Source: Utricularia gibba | Taxonomy: Eukaryota > Plantae > Magnoliophyta | Direction: 5' to 3' | DNA length: 64,000 nt | Assembly: GCA_002189035.1 (NCBI GenBank) | Contig: NEEC01000011.1 | Span: 496,001-560,000 of the forward strand | Shown: positions 25,251-37,815 of the stretch, piece after piece | Position numbering within the stretch: the first letter of the stretch is position 1 | Layout of the letters: every line of letters starts with the position of its first letter | Program-made: the position numbers and the translations under genes | Notes under the pieces: model-generated | The model's database searches: none | Told to the model about the DNA's origin: nothing | The model's input: only the letters and a program-made list of their open reading frames with translations

Positions 25251-26452
25251 TTTAAGAGTACATGTTTGTAACCTCTTGTTCTTTACGTTGAGAATTATTT
25301 ATTTTAATTCTTGTTTATAAGAGATTGAATAAATGTTTATTTGATCTCTTAAATAAATGCTGTCACAAATATAATTCATTTATTTAATTCGTTATTTAAT
25401 CTAAAAAGATTGAAAATTGTATCTTTTTAAAATTATATTTATTTTTAGAGATTATAATCTTTATACATTTAAAATGATCTTAAAAATATTATAATCTCTA
25501 AAATATAATCTTTTTAAGATTATAATCTTTAAAATATAATCTAAAAAGATTGATCGCTTAAATAATGAATTAGAAGTTTAAAATATAATCTTTAAAATAG
25601 AATTATATAATTTTTAAGATTGTGATAGCATTCCTTTTAATTCATTATTTATATTTATAAACAATGAATTATTTATTTACTTACATAATTGTTAGTGACC
25701 TCTTGTTCTTTCAATTTTAGGAATTTTGTTGGTCTTTTTATCCAAACATTGAGGATTTGAAAAGTTATCTGGGCGGGAACCACTTGCCATAATCTGATAT
25801 TATAACAAATAACTCAAGTATTTTGAATGTTAGTCATGGTAGTATTGCTAAAAAATTTGTATATAATTCAAAATCTTCTTAAATTAATTATTTCTTTACA
25901 TTGATTATTAACCAAATATTGTTTTGTGATGATGGAAATATTTATATTGATAGTAGTAGAGTTGATTTGTACTTCCATAGTCAATGGTTTCAAAGAAGTA
26001 CGAATAACACAACACAATATACATTAAAAACAAGCTGCTCAAAAAGATTTATAATCTCACTTCATGTAGATGATATACTGATAACAAGCAATGATAAAGA
26101 ATCAATGATTACTTTTGAGATGCCTAAACTTGGAGAAATGAGTTACTTCTGTAAGTGTATGTGTTCTAGAGACAATCAACTCATTCGACCAGCATTCAAG
26201 AGCCTTGAGAAGGTTGTCGACGGAGTGCTCCACGTGTGGATACCATAGAGGCCGTCTGGTATTGGCGGTTGGTGAACAACGGAGTCATCTGAAAGGTATT
26301 TTGAACATCTCTTTGTCTGATGTATACCGTATTCCAAGATCTGCGTTTGGGGTTTCTCAAATTTTTTTAAATTCTGCTACTTTGGAGACATACGATGTCC
26401 ACGAGAAACCCAACAGTGGTATCAGAGCGAGGTTACGGAATTCGTGTATACG

Positions 26453-26695
26453 TTAGAATCTTTGCTGACTTTACGAGATGTTCTCGTATGTTGCCTGCCG
26501 GTGACACATTAGAATCTTTGCTGATTTTACGAGATGTTCTCGTATGTTGCCTTGTCGGTGACACATTATAATCCTTGTTGATTTTTCGAGATGTCCTCGT
26601 ATGTTGTCTTGCCGGCGATCATCGTAATAGCATGTGATTTTGCGAGATGTTCTCGTATGTTGCCTTGCCGGCGATCATGATAGTAGCATGTGATG
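26453..26695 (+). repeat. 56-57-bp tandem repeat, ~4.3 copies, in the Angela leader
   Basis: The unit TTAGAATCTTTGCTGACTTTACGAGATGTTCTCGTATGTTGCCTGCCGGTGACACA starts at 26453, 26509, 26566 and ~26625, degenerating towards the 3' end. Confidence 0.9.
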
Positions 26696-27573
26696 CACGA
26701 AATCTGATTATGTTGGATTGTTTTGCTGCCCTAGGATGCAGAAATTTGATTGATGATTGATGCTTTCGAGAATCATATCTTACGTGTATATGCGCAGCAT
26801 GATGATGGTTTATATGTGAAAGTTGTGGGGCATGATGGCCTTTGCACGAATTTTGATTATGATGATCATATTGGTGAATTATCGATGCATATGATGTTTG
26901 ATAATTTATTTGTGACCAAGGCATCTAGGGTCAATTAGGATTTTCGAGCTTTATGTATGAAAATCCATGGAAATGATGCGTTATGAACGAAAGGGCAAGG
27001 GTTGTCAGGATTCCTATCTGATAGGATATCGATATCCATAGTGCAAGTGTTGCCTATGGAAAAATCCCCTATCAAATAATTAAGCTTATTCCTTCCACTA
27101 ACATAAGGAGAACGAGAGTCATTTTTAGTGCATAGAGTTGTTGGCTATCGTCAAGCTCTCCACTACACATGACATGTTCGAATTATGTAATTAGATTCAC
27201 GGTGGGTTGGCTTAACTGATTTTATCAACTTGTTGACTAAAGCCAAGGTTGGTAAAATTGGAGGAAAGGTTGAGGCAAATAGTTTTTACATCAAGAGTTG
27301 ATGACTCAATGATACAGTGGTTGTATGAGAGATACAATTGGCATGAGATGACTACCTGTTTCATTCATTAAAGCTTGTTGGCTATAGTCAAGGTTGAGAT
27401 GAGTGAAATGGGACACTGCCCCACTAAGAAAATGTGATTTTCTCGTTTTGTTAGTAAAGGGCTGCCATCTCGAAAAACATAGTGGGAGTATATCACATTT
27501 GATAAAGACCAGTTAGATGTGATTTAAGGAACACTACATGATGTGTTTGCTTTCTCCTCTTCAGGTTGAAGAT

Positions 27574-30500
27574 ATGTCTTCCAGCGTGATTTTGAGATCC
27601 ATTCTACAGTCCAACAAGTTGGTTGGCTCGAATTTTACTGATTGGCACCGCAATTTGAGAATTGTTCTCAAGGCGGAGAAGATTGCTTACATCCTTGAGC
27701 AAGATGTTCCTGCACAACCCATGGCTAATGCAGCTGAAGATGTTCGGCGTGCATATCAGAAGTATCTAGATGATGCTGAGCTTGTCTCCTGTATCATGCT
27801 TGCTTCAATGGCCCCTGATCTCCAAAAACAGCATGAGGCGATGAGTTGCCAATAGATGATAACACACCTCAAGGATCTATTTGGTGAGCACTCATGACTT
27901 GAAAGGTTCAAGACATCAAAGCTGTTGTTCAATTGTCGCTTGGCAGAAGGAAGTTCTGCTGCTAATCATGCGACATTGATGTTGAGTTACATTGAGAAGT
28001 TGTCCACTCTTGGTTTTGTGTTGGATAAGGACTTGAGTATTGACTTAATCCTTACCTCACTACCTGATAGCTACTCACAGTTTGTGATGAACTATCAGAT
28101 GAACAAGATGGATCAAACTATTCCTGAATTGATTCAGTTACTCAAGTCTGTTGAGACAACTATCACAAAGGAACAAAAGAATGTCATGTTTGTCTCTTCA
28201 AGGAAAAAGGTTTCCAAGAAGAAGAGTCAAGACAAGAAACTCAAAGCTAAAAGTGAGATCAAGAAGAAGAAGCCTGTTGAAAAACCGGCTAAGGGTGAAT
28301 GTTTTCATTGTGGGAAATCTGGTCATTGGAAAAGAAACTGCAAAGCTTACCTAGAGTCAATCAAGGGCAAGAAGCAGAATAAGAATTCAGTTTCAGGACC
28401 TAATGAGTAGTAGAATCCTGAAGAAAGGCGATGTTGACCTAAGAGTTGGGAATGGTGCACGAGTTGCTGCCATGGCAGTTGGGACTTGCCACATCGCCCT
28501 ACCTTCTGGATTATCTCTTGAATTAGATTCTGTTTATTGTGTTCCCTCATTGTCTAAGAACATCGTCTCTATTTCTTGTTTGGACAAGATTGGTTTCGAG
28601 TTTTCTATAAAGAACAATTGTTATTCCATACGACGAGGGAATGCGCAATATGGTATTGCTACGATAGTAAACGGAATATATGTTTTGGATCAGCATGATT
28701 CAGAACAGATTAACATGTGCATAAAAAGGCCAAGGATTGACAATATCTTGAATTCTTACCTCTGGCATTGTCATTTAGGCCATATAAACAAGAAGCGTGT
28801 TGAGTACTTATATCGATTGGGATATTTGGACTCAGAAGATTATGAATCTTATGAAACATGCGAATCTTGTTTATTGGGCGAAATGACAAAGCAACCTTTT
28901 CTAGGAAAAGGAACAAGAGCTGAAAACTTATTGGATTTAATACATTCTGATGTATGTGGTCCAATGAGCATCACTGCTAGAGGGGGTTTCTCGTATTTCA
29001 TCACTTTTACAAATGACCATTCAAGATATGGACGCATCTACTTGATGAAACGAAAATCTGAAGCCTTTGAAAAGTTCAAAGAGTTTCGGATGGAGGTCGA
29101 GAACCAACTTGAGCGTTCCATCAAGAAACTTCGATCACATCGTGGTGGGGAATACTTGAGTAATGAATTCAAGAATCATTTGAAAGACAATGGTATTGTC
29201 TCAAAAAGAACTCCTCCTGATACACCTGAGCACAATGGTGTTTCTGAGAGGAGAAATCGAACTTTGCTTGACATGGTTTGTTCTATGATGAGTTTTGCAG
29301 AACTACCAAGGTCTATGTGGGGATATGCTTTAGAGGCAGCGGCTCATGTTTTGAACAAAGCCCCATCGAAATCGGTTGAAACCACTCCTTATGAGATTTG
29401 GACTGGTAGAAAACCGAGTTTCTCCTACCTTAAAGCTTGGGGATGCCCTGCTTATGTAAGAAGGTTGAAGTCAGATAAGTTGGAGAACAAATCTGACAAG
29501 TGTTTCTTTCTGGATATCCCCAAGAAACCATGGGATACTACTTCTATAATCCTCAAGAGGGAAAGGTTTTCATCTCAAGGAATGCTGTCTTTTTAGAGAA
29601 AGAGTTTCTCCTCAAAGAAGCAAGTGGGAGTCGTTTTGAACTTGAGGAGATATTTGAGAACGAGCCAGTGACACCTATAGAGATGCCAGTGGGTGACTCA
29701 AAAGGTAATCTAGGCTCACCATCTCGAAATTCTGTCCCAGAAGCTGGTAATGTACCAGTGAGCAATCAACCTGAGCAATTTGACTTGCCAAATGTACCAA
29801 GCACGCTTTCTATCAGAAGATCAGTCCGAAAACGTAACCCTATTGTGAGATATGGTTTCATTGTTGATGCCGAAGGCATGGGAGACCTCATATTAGATGA
29901 AGAACCTCGGACTTATGACGAAGCAATCAATAGTGCTAAGTCAAGTAAATGGCTTGTTGCCATGAGGGCAGAAATGGATTCCATGTATGAGAACAATGTA
30001 TGGACATTGGTTAATGCTCTAGAGGGAGTAAATCCTATTGGATGCAAATGGGTATTCAAAAGAAAAACTGACATGGATGGAAATATATCTACCTATAAGA
30101 CACGACTTGTGGCAAAAGGGTATCGTCAAAAACAAGGTGTTAATTATGACGAAACCTTCTCACCTATTGCTATGTTGAAGTCCATTCGAATTTTACTTGC
30201 CATTGCTGCTCATTTTGATTATGAGATATGGCAGATGGATGTGAAAACAGTCTTCCTAAATGGAAATTTGGCTGAGGAAGTGTACATGACACAACCTGAA
30301 GGTTTCACACAAGATCCTAGTAAAGTGTGTAAACTGAACAAATCCATCTATGGGCTAAAGCAAGCTTCAAGAAGTTGGAACATCAAATTTGATGAGACAA
30401 TCAAAGGGTTTGGTTTCTCTCAAAATGAAGATGAACCTTGTGTATACAAGAAGGTAGATGGCTTGGCAATCGTATTTCTCATACTATATGTGGATGACAT

Positions 30501-31428
30501 ATTAGCAATGGGAAATGATGTTGCAACAATGCAATCAGTAAACATCTGGTTATCCAAGAGCTTTTCAATGAAAGATCTTGGAGATGCGGCTTATATATTG
30601 GGCATAAAGATCTATAGAGATAAATCAAAGAGACTGATTGGATTATCACAATCGACCTACATCGATAAAGTGTTAAAGAAGTTTAACATGGCTGATTCCA
30701 AGAGAGGTTTAATGCCCATGACACATAAGGCACTTTCAAAAGCAATGTGCCCCAAGACAGAAGAAGAAAGGGATCAGATGGCTCGAATCCCATATGCTTC
30801 TGCTATTGGGTCAATAATGTACGCCATGCTGTGTACTAGACCAGATGTGTCATATGCTTTAAGTGTTACAAGTAAATATCAGTCGAACCCTGGAATGGAT
30901 CATTGGACCGCAGTCAAGAGCATTCTTAAGTACTTGAGAAGGACTAAAGACATGTTCTTGATATACGGTGGTAAAGGTCTCCAAGTGGAAGGATATGCTG
31001 ATGCAAGTTTCCAGTCTGATCATGACGACTTGAAGTCTCAATCAGGATACATATTCACCCTAAATGGAGGCGCAGTCACTTGGAAGAGTTCTAAGCAAGA
31101 AACGACTGCTGATTCAACAATGGAAGCAGAGTGCATTGCCGCCAGCGATCTAGGAGTACTCCCAAATGTTGAGGATCCTATACTCCTATATTGCGATAAC
31201 ACTGGGGCTATTGCAAATGCTAAGGCACCTCGATCACATCAAAAATCCAAACATGTGCTTCGACGCTACCATGTGATCAGAGAGATCATTGGTAGAGGCG
31301 ATGTCAGAATTGAGAAAGTGGACACAAAGGATAATGTAGCAGATCCACTTACAAAGATGCCTCCACAGAAGGTCCATGAGATGCACATAGAGTCCATCGG
31401 TATGAGATACATCAATGATTGGCTCTAG
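27574..31428 (+). pseudogene. Angela gag-pol pseudogene (GAG, zinc knuckle, INT, RT, RNaseH)
   Basis: SILQSNKLVGSNFTDWHRNLRIVLK, CFHCGKSGHWKRNC, LWHCHLGHI..C..C, IHSDVCGP, NGVSERRNRTL, YVDD, SKQETTADST.EAE, ADPLTK, ..NDWL*. Two stops in gag (~27853 and ~27898), a frameshift near 29505, and deletions in the protease and RNaseH. Confidence 0.95.
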
Positions 31429-34400
31429 TACAAGTGGGAGATTGTAAGTGTATGTGTTCTAGAGACAATCAACTCATTGGCAAATCTTATCTTTTGATAT
31501 TTACTTTGAATTGTGATCAAATTTATATCATTGATAAAATCCTCTACTTGATCTATGTGCTATAGAAATTATGATGAGATCATAATGTGAGATTCTTCAA
31601 GCACTCATGATCAAGTTAAAAACTCCCTGGCTAGAGTGTTTGTGAAATGAGGATATCACAAATATGGATAAGTTGGCACACATTGAGTTCCCTAAACTGT
31701 TTAGGCAATGGTTCTCACAATTGACGTAATGAGATTACTAGAACCTATGTGTGGGTGTCGATTAGAGAATCAATTCACTGGATGACTCATCTTCGAGATG
31801 CTACTATGGGAAGCTAACCAAGTGTCAGTAGCAAGATCTCGAATATGACAGGCGTGCAAGTAAGCTTAGACTTGAGATCAACAAAGTTATCTTGATCTTA
31901 AGCTCACATTTTCGCTCATTACTAATGGGAGCCTAACCATGGGTTGCCTAGTATGGATGAGTAGGGATGTGACTCCTTAAGGTTGGAGATAGTTGATTGA
32001 TCAATAAAGGATTCATCACTCATGTTAGCGATGAGATCATATCTCAAGTAATTGCATCAAAGCCTAACAATAAGTCCTGGGCCTAGGGTAATGACACTCG
32101 AATTGTTTGAGTAGGTCATTGAGTATTAGTGCTTGATTGCAATTATAACTTCGATACATCAGAAAGACACACATCCATGTTTTGGTATCGAATGAGATAT
32201 AAGAATGATGAAAGCTATTCATTGCATGATGGCTGGTCATGGAAACGCTCAATCAGTTCACCTGATTATTCTTTAATCCTGGGGATCATGATATGTTGCT
32301 AGACATCACTCATGATCGATAATGATGGATTTGATTAATTAAGAGTTAATTAATAAATCCATTATTACGGCCTTGATTGAAGAAGCCTATAGGGTCACAC
32401 ACAATAGTGGAGTCACTCATCGATATAAAATAGGATGACACAATTACATAAGATGTAATTGGTAAAGTGGATAAATTAAATAGAGAGATATTTTGAGATT
32501 AATATTGATTAAACTCAAAATAAAAGATCTCACATAGATAAGATTTGGAACATATGCATATCTCCACAAGATACGATCTTTATGGAGATATGATTTGATA
32601 TGTCACAAAATATCTATCAAAAAGATTTAGATTTTGAGATCTGCTCCAAGGTCTTCGTGCTCTCAGAGACTGATCCACAAGGAGGCGTTTTTCTCTACTA
32701 GCACCTGAGAAATTCGACCAGCATTCAAGAGCCTTGAGAAAGTTGTCGACGGAGTGCTCCACGTGTGGATACCATAGAGGACGTCTACTATTGGCGGTTG
32801 GTGAACAACGGAGTCATCTGAATGGTATTTTGAACATCTCTTTGTCTGATATATACCGTATTCCAAGATCTACGTTTGGGGTTTCTCAAAATTATTTAAA
32901 TTCCGCTGCTTTGGATACATACGATGTCCACGAGAAACCCAACAACTTCTTGGGCATAGAAGTGACAAAAATTGAAGACAACACATTCCTATCACATATG
33001 AAATATTCTAAAGAACTGATAAAAATATTTAAACTTGAGAAAGCAAAACATACATTTCTACTCATCCCACCAGATTGCAAACCATTTTGTAGATGAAGTT
33101 ACATAAAGAATAATTGCTGATCCTAAGAATGTACTATAAGATTTGGGCTACAAAAGCATAATTGGGATAGTTATGTATCTTACTAACATTATGCTAGATG
33201 TAGCCTTCATAGTAAACTTACTATCGAGTGTCTTGAGAGTTTTAAAATGCATCATAAGTACTCTGAAACATGGATTATTATTGTGCAAAAAATACTAACA
33301 TTATTCTGAAGTGTAAAATAGTGATTCCACAAGAGATAACAAAGATACCAAATCAAAGAGTGCATACCTCTTTATGCTTGGCGACACTACAATTCTATGG
33401 AGCAATAAAAAACAAGTGAGCATCACACACTCATCGATCAAGTAGAGTATATGTCCCATATAGGTGCTACAAATCATATAATCTGTATTCAAAAAATTCT
33501 ATCAGATTCAACCACTGATGTTGTTAAAGCCACACCACCATAATCGACAACAAGTCAACAGTCAATATGGGAAAGAAGTCAATTCATTTTGGAAGAATCA
33601 AACATATATACATGAGAAATGTCACAAACCATCAAATTAAGCTTGAATATGTACCTTTAGAAGACTAAATTGCAGATATTCATATTAAGTTTCGTGTTAT
33701 ACATACATATATGTTTAAAGAATGTAAATTTTGATGTATGATTATGAGTTCATATTGAATATTCGAGATTACTTTATTATGATCTCGTTTAATGGATTAG
33801 AAGTATATAACTTTATTTTAATATTAGTTATTAAATTATACCCAATTGACTGAATTTTTTAGGATTTAAGATAGACAAATTGAATCAAAAACATGAAATT
33901 CCAATGGAGTATGGCATTACTAGAGTATTGACGATGTTCAACCTGAATTGCATTCATGTGATCATCTCGATGGTTCATTTTAAATCGCTCGATAAGCAAT
34001 CAAAGTGACATTGCATTTTCTACTTCTAACATTTATTATGCAACTCTTGAACACCATCAACATTTCCCTTGGTGTCATGTCATCGGCTATTTAGATTTCC
34101 ATTGTTAATGTTTTAGATGTAAATGGGTATACTAAGAGATTTTTGAACTCATGATAATTTAAGAAAAAGAGCAAGAAACATTTGTAAAAAACATAAAATG
34201 AGTTGGCAATAGCCAAATACAAGCAGGAGACCCTACAAAGAAGTTGCAAGTCTCTTCGAGAAATAACAAAAGGTTATTAATGTGTGTGATGAGAAAAAAG
34301 TTGAACTTACAAAAAGGGCAATTTTTATCAGTGCTGCAAAGGTTGATTTACTTGAGATCTATCATGTAAGCAAGGTAACGAAAGAGAAATTCATGGACAA

Positions 34401-34527
34401 TTAGCTGAGTTTTTTAAGACATGAGTGGTGCTATTCGTGAAAATTTAGTTATTTTTTGTAAAAGTTGAACACAATTAACTTTTCATAATCTTTTTATTAC
34501 GTTATAATGTGAAATTATCTAATTACT

Positions 34528-34700
34528 TTAATTACACATTGTTTTCTATTATGGCAATCAGAAATCACCACTAGATAGGCATATGAGAATTCATATGTGT
34601 AATTACGTTAATTACACATTGTTTTGCATTACGGCGATCAGAAATCACCACTAGATACGCATATGAGAATTCATATGTTAATTATACATTGCTTTTCGTG
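34528..34700. repeat. ~80-bp tandem duplication
   Basis: TTAATTACACATTGTTTT..ATCAGAAATCACCACTAGATA.GCATATGAGAATTCATATG occurs twice, plus a partial third copy. Confidence 0.85.
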
Positions 34701-35100
34701 TAAGAAGTGACCGAAGAGGCATGTTTGAACGAAAAGAATCCTAGATACAGAATGCTCAGGAAGAAAATCCATAAAAGAAAGGTGGAGGATAGGGCAAGGT
34801 GTGGAGCATCTAGGTACATAATGCTTGGAATGAGTTGTTGGTTTAATGAAAAACCAGGCAAGAAGTGCATAAAATGATATTTCCTTAAATACAGAATCAA
34901 GGTTGAAAATGTAGGAAGGTGCTTGCTCATAAAGAAGGCCTAGACATGAAGTATCCAAAAAGATATCATATCTAGGAAGGTGCTTTCTTATGCAGAAGGC
35001 CTAGACATGAAATATCTTAAAAGATATCACTTTACAGAAACGACTTGGTTATGAAGTGCATAGAAAGGACTATTTGCATAATAAGAACTCAAGAAAAAAG
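34698..35100 (+). mobile_element. Unclassified LTR-like remnant with an internal ~63-bp duplication
   Basis: Starts TGTAAG. AGGAAGGTGCTT..AGAAGGCCTAGACATGAA..AAAAGATATCA occurs twice (~34915-35030), and a similar CCTAGACATGAGG motif lies near 52230. Confidence 0.35.
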
Positions 35101-36441
35101 CACATGAGAAACATCATTTACTTGTCAAAGGCCCAAATAGAGTAGCACTTTAGTAAATGACTAAGAGTTGAGTGATAGGGAACAATCTCCTACTTAATGA
35201 GGATTCAGGGAGGGTTATTAAAGAGGTAGAGACCAATGAAGCAGGTGCTCTAGAAGTATACATCCTAGCATCTGGATGTATAGGACTAGAAGGCGTCCAA
35301 CAATCTAGCATTTGGATTTATAGGATTGAAGAAGAAACAAAAGAACCTAGCATCTATGGAGAAGAGTGTTGGGCCACCATTTGTATAGGGCTCAGCCAGA
35401 TATTTAGGCACCAGGCTAAAGACCTTTCCAGATGGTAACGACATAGCAAGTGTTAAGGAGTTGAGGGTGAGAGAAAAATATGAAAAAGATCCATATTTAC
35501 CCCTACTTCACCACCTTACAAGATGTATGGTGCCAATGTTCAAGCTCTACTCATCTTTGAGGAAAAGATTCAAAAACATATTGGATCTAGAGGAAGAAAC
35601 TGAAAAATCACTTGACTTATCAACATTTGTGAGAGTATCTTTCTAAAGAAGAACTCACAGATGTTGCTTTCAAAATCTATAAATCAAAGAAATCAAAGTT
35701 TATGCCAACTTGATGCTGCATTATAAAAGAAGCATATGAAGGTGTCTTAGGCTGTGAAACTCCCAAAGAAACATTGATATTATTTCAGAAAATCTAATTT
35801 AAAAATGCCAAGAGTCAAGACACATAGATTGCTCACCAATGGAGAGCTCTCATCAACTTCTAAATGACACCTATAGACTCCATCCAGCATTTCTTGACTT
35901 GATAATAATTGGTGTAAAAACTGAAGCTACTAGGATTCACATTAGATGAAGATTGATTAAAGTATATTTTACTAAGTGCTTGATGTCATGCATATAATTA
36001 AAGTTTGACTTTTTGATTGTTACAAGTTACTTGCGAATAGTTATTGACAATGAGCTACTAGAAAACTCATTAGAAATTGACCCCTTTCAAAGGTTAGATG
36101 TTGCCAGTAACATATATTTCAAGCCATTCTAAGTGTAAAGCCCTTACTTTGTGCAAGTTGTCCTCTTCTCCCTTGTTTGACTGCCTCCTCTCCTCTCCAA
36201 TAGCTCATGATTCTGCCCAAATTGTCTAATCCTCTTATTTATAATCATAGTTCGATCTATCAGGCCCCTCCTAAGCCTATCAAACCTAGTCTAATAACTT
36301 TACACCTTACACTCAAACTTAGACTAGCCTTTCTACCTAATAGACCAAGTCTCTTGTCATCAAATGGAGCCTAATGCTAGTCACCTCTTGCCCATCCCCA
36401 TCAGGGGTATTACAATAAATGTAATATTCTATACCCATCTT

Positions 36442-36551
36442 GTATAATATTGTCCGTTTTGAAGATTCAATTTTCATGCTTTTACTTTTCCCTATTTGTA
36501 TAATATTGTCCGTTTTGAAGATTCAATTTTCATGCTTTTACTTTTCCCTAT
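36442..36551. repeat. ~55-bp exact tandem duplication
   Basis: TGTATAATATTGTCCGTTTTGAAGATTCAATTTTCATGCTTTTACTTTTCCCTAT occurs twice. Confidence 0.9.
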
Positions 36552-37149
36552 CTTTGGCCTGCATTTCCAAAAGATCATCTATTCTTAAATTATTTTAGGC
36601 CAAACATACTCAACTTTAGAGTTCCTATCAAAGACATGCTTGACAAAGTGCCTTGTGCACGATTTACATGGTCATTTTACTCAATCACATCCTTTTTCTC
36701 ATTCATAACTGATATGAGAAACAACGAGAAGGCAAAACTAAGAATCTAACTCACATCCAATATGCAATATATCAAATTCTCATGTACTAAAAGATTGATG
36801 GTAAAATCGTAAGGGAATTCATGATTTTTGTTTTAAAAAAAATAGCACTATGAGCAAGTCTGTACTTTGAAAAAATAAGTCATTGCTCATGTTCGGAAGT
36901 ACCTATTTAGAAAAAAAAATGGGAGTCTAAACATCAATCTCAATGCATAGTCTCTTGCCAAAGTATTGGTGAATGTATCTTTTGAAAACATGAATAAAAT
37001 GAAACATCTTCACATAATATCGATATCCTAATATTAAGAAAATATATGATTTCACTGCAACTACAAATTTCAATAATAAGTTGACTTGACTTCTAGATAG
37101 TCTATACTTTAATCATATATCTAATGATGAGTCAATCTTTAAAAGCTAT

Positions 37150-37815
37150 TTACCACTAATAGAAAATGAGATACAAATAACCAATGGAACTCACGTAATC
37201 ATTCTTGGGAAAGGAAATATCAAGATGGTGACTATAGACAAAAGCATAATCATCATAGGCATCTTCTATATGCCAATAACTTCTCGTAACTCACTCAGTC
37301 TTCGTCACCTTGTAAGTTAAAATTTGAAATATTATTTGCTTATTATATGTGTACTATCTCTGATTCTGTAGGAAATAATGCAAAAGAAATCCTAATGATA
37401 AACAATATGTGTGCTATAAATTTTCTAAGAGAAAAACAAGAACTTAATGAGATATTTTTAAAAGCTGAAAAAAAGGAAATAGGTCATGGAAAATACTATT
37501 GTGTTATTTGTCAATATGGAGACCTTTGAGTACATCACATGGACTTCTGAAATGCCTCTTAAGATCATCCATTTTGATATATGTGATCCAATTCAGCTTG
37601 TTCACAAGTGGAAAATAGATACTTTATACTATTCATTCACGATTGCACAAAGCATAGTTGGGTATATTTCATGAAAACTCAAGGTGAAGTGGTATTTAAG
37701 AGTAAAATCTTTACAAAAATGGTAGAAAATCAAAGTGGACATAAAATCAAGCTCCTCAATTAAGACAATAAAGGAGAATATATTCTTTATGAGCTAACAT
37801 ATTTATGTGAAAAAT
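37150..37815 (+). mobile_element. Copia protease/integrase remnant
   Basis: GKGNIKM..FYMP..RNSLSLRHL, CVICQYG, IIHFDICDP, MVENQSGHKIKLL..DNKGEY; many stops. Confidence 0.7.

Larger units (their letters stand above)
26150..32944 (+). mobile_element. Angela-lineage Ty1/Copia LTR retrotransposon, full extent, non-autonomous
   Basis: TG..CA termini, TSD ACTTC at 26145-26149 and 32945-32949, PBS TGGTATCAGAGC at 26417-26428, PPT AAGTGGGAGAT just before 31443, 5' LTR 26150-26415 (internally deleted), 3' LTR 31443-32944. Confidence 0.97.
25990..33700 (+). mobile_element. Older Copia RT/RNaseH remnant acting as insertion target (present as ~25990-26149 and 32945-33700)
   Basis: SLHVDDILIT..EMPKLGEMSYF on the left joins LGIEVT..FLS..KY.KELIK.F on the right once the nested element is removed. 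RNaseH-like remnants continue to ~33700. Confidence 0.85.

Noticed and set aside
26453-26695. Regularly spaced palindromic repeat resembling a CRISPR array
   Set aside because: The whole unit repeats with no unique spacers, there are no cas genes, and the context is a plant retrotransposon leader.
36134-36414. TGTAAAGCCC...GGGGTATTACA segment resembling a small solo LTR
   Set aside because: The flanks (CTAAG/ATAAA) give no TSD, and there is no PBS, PPT or second copy in the window.
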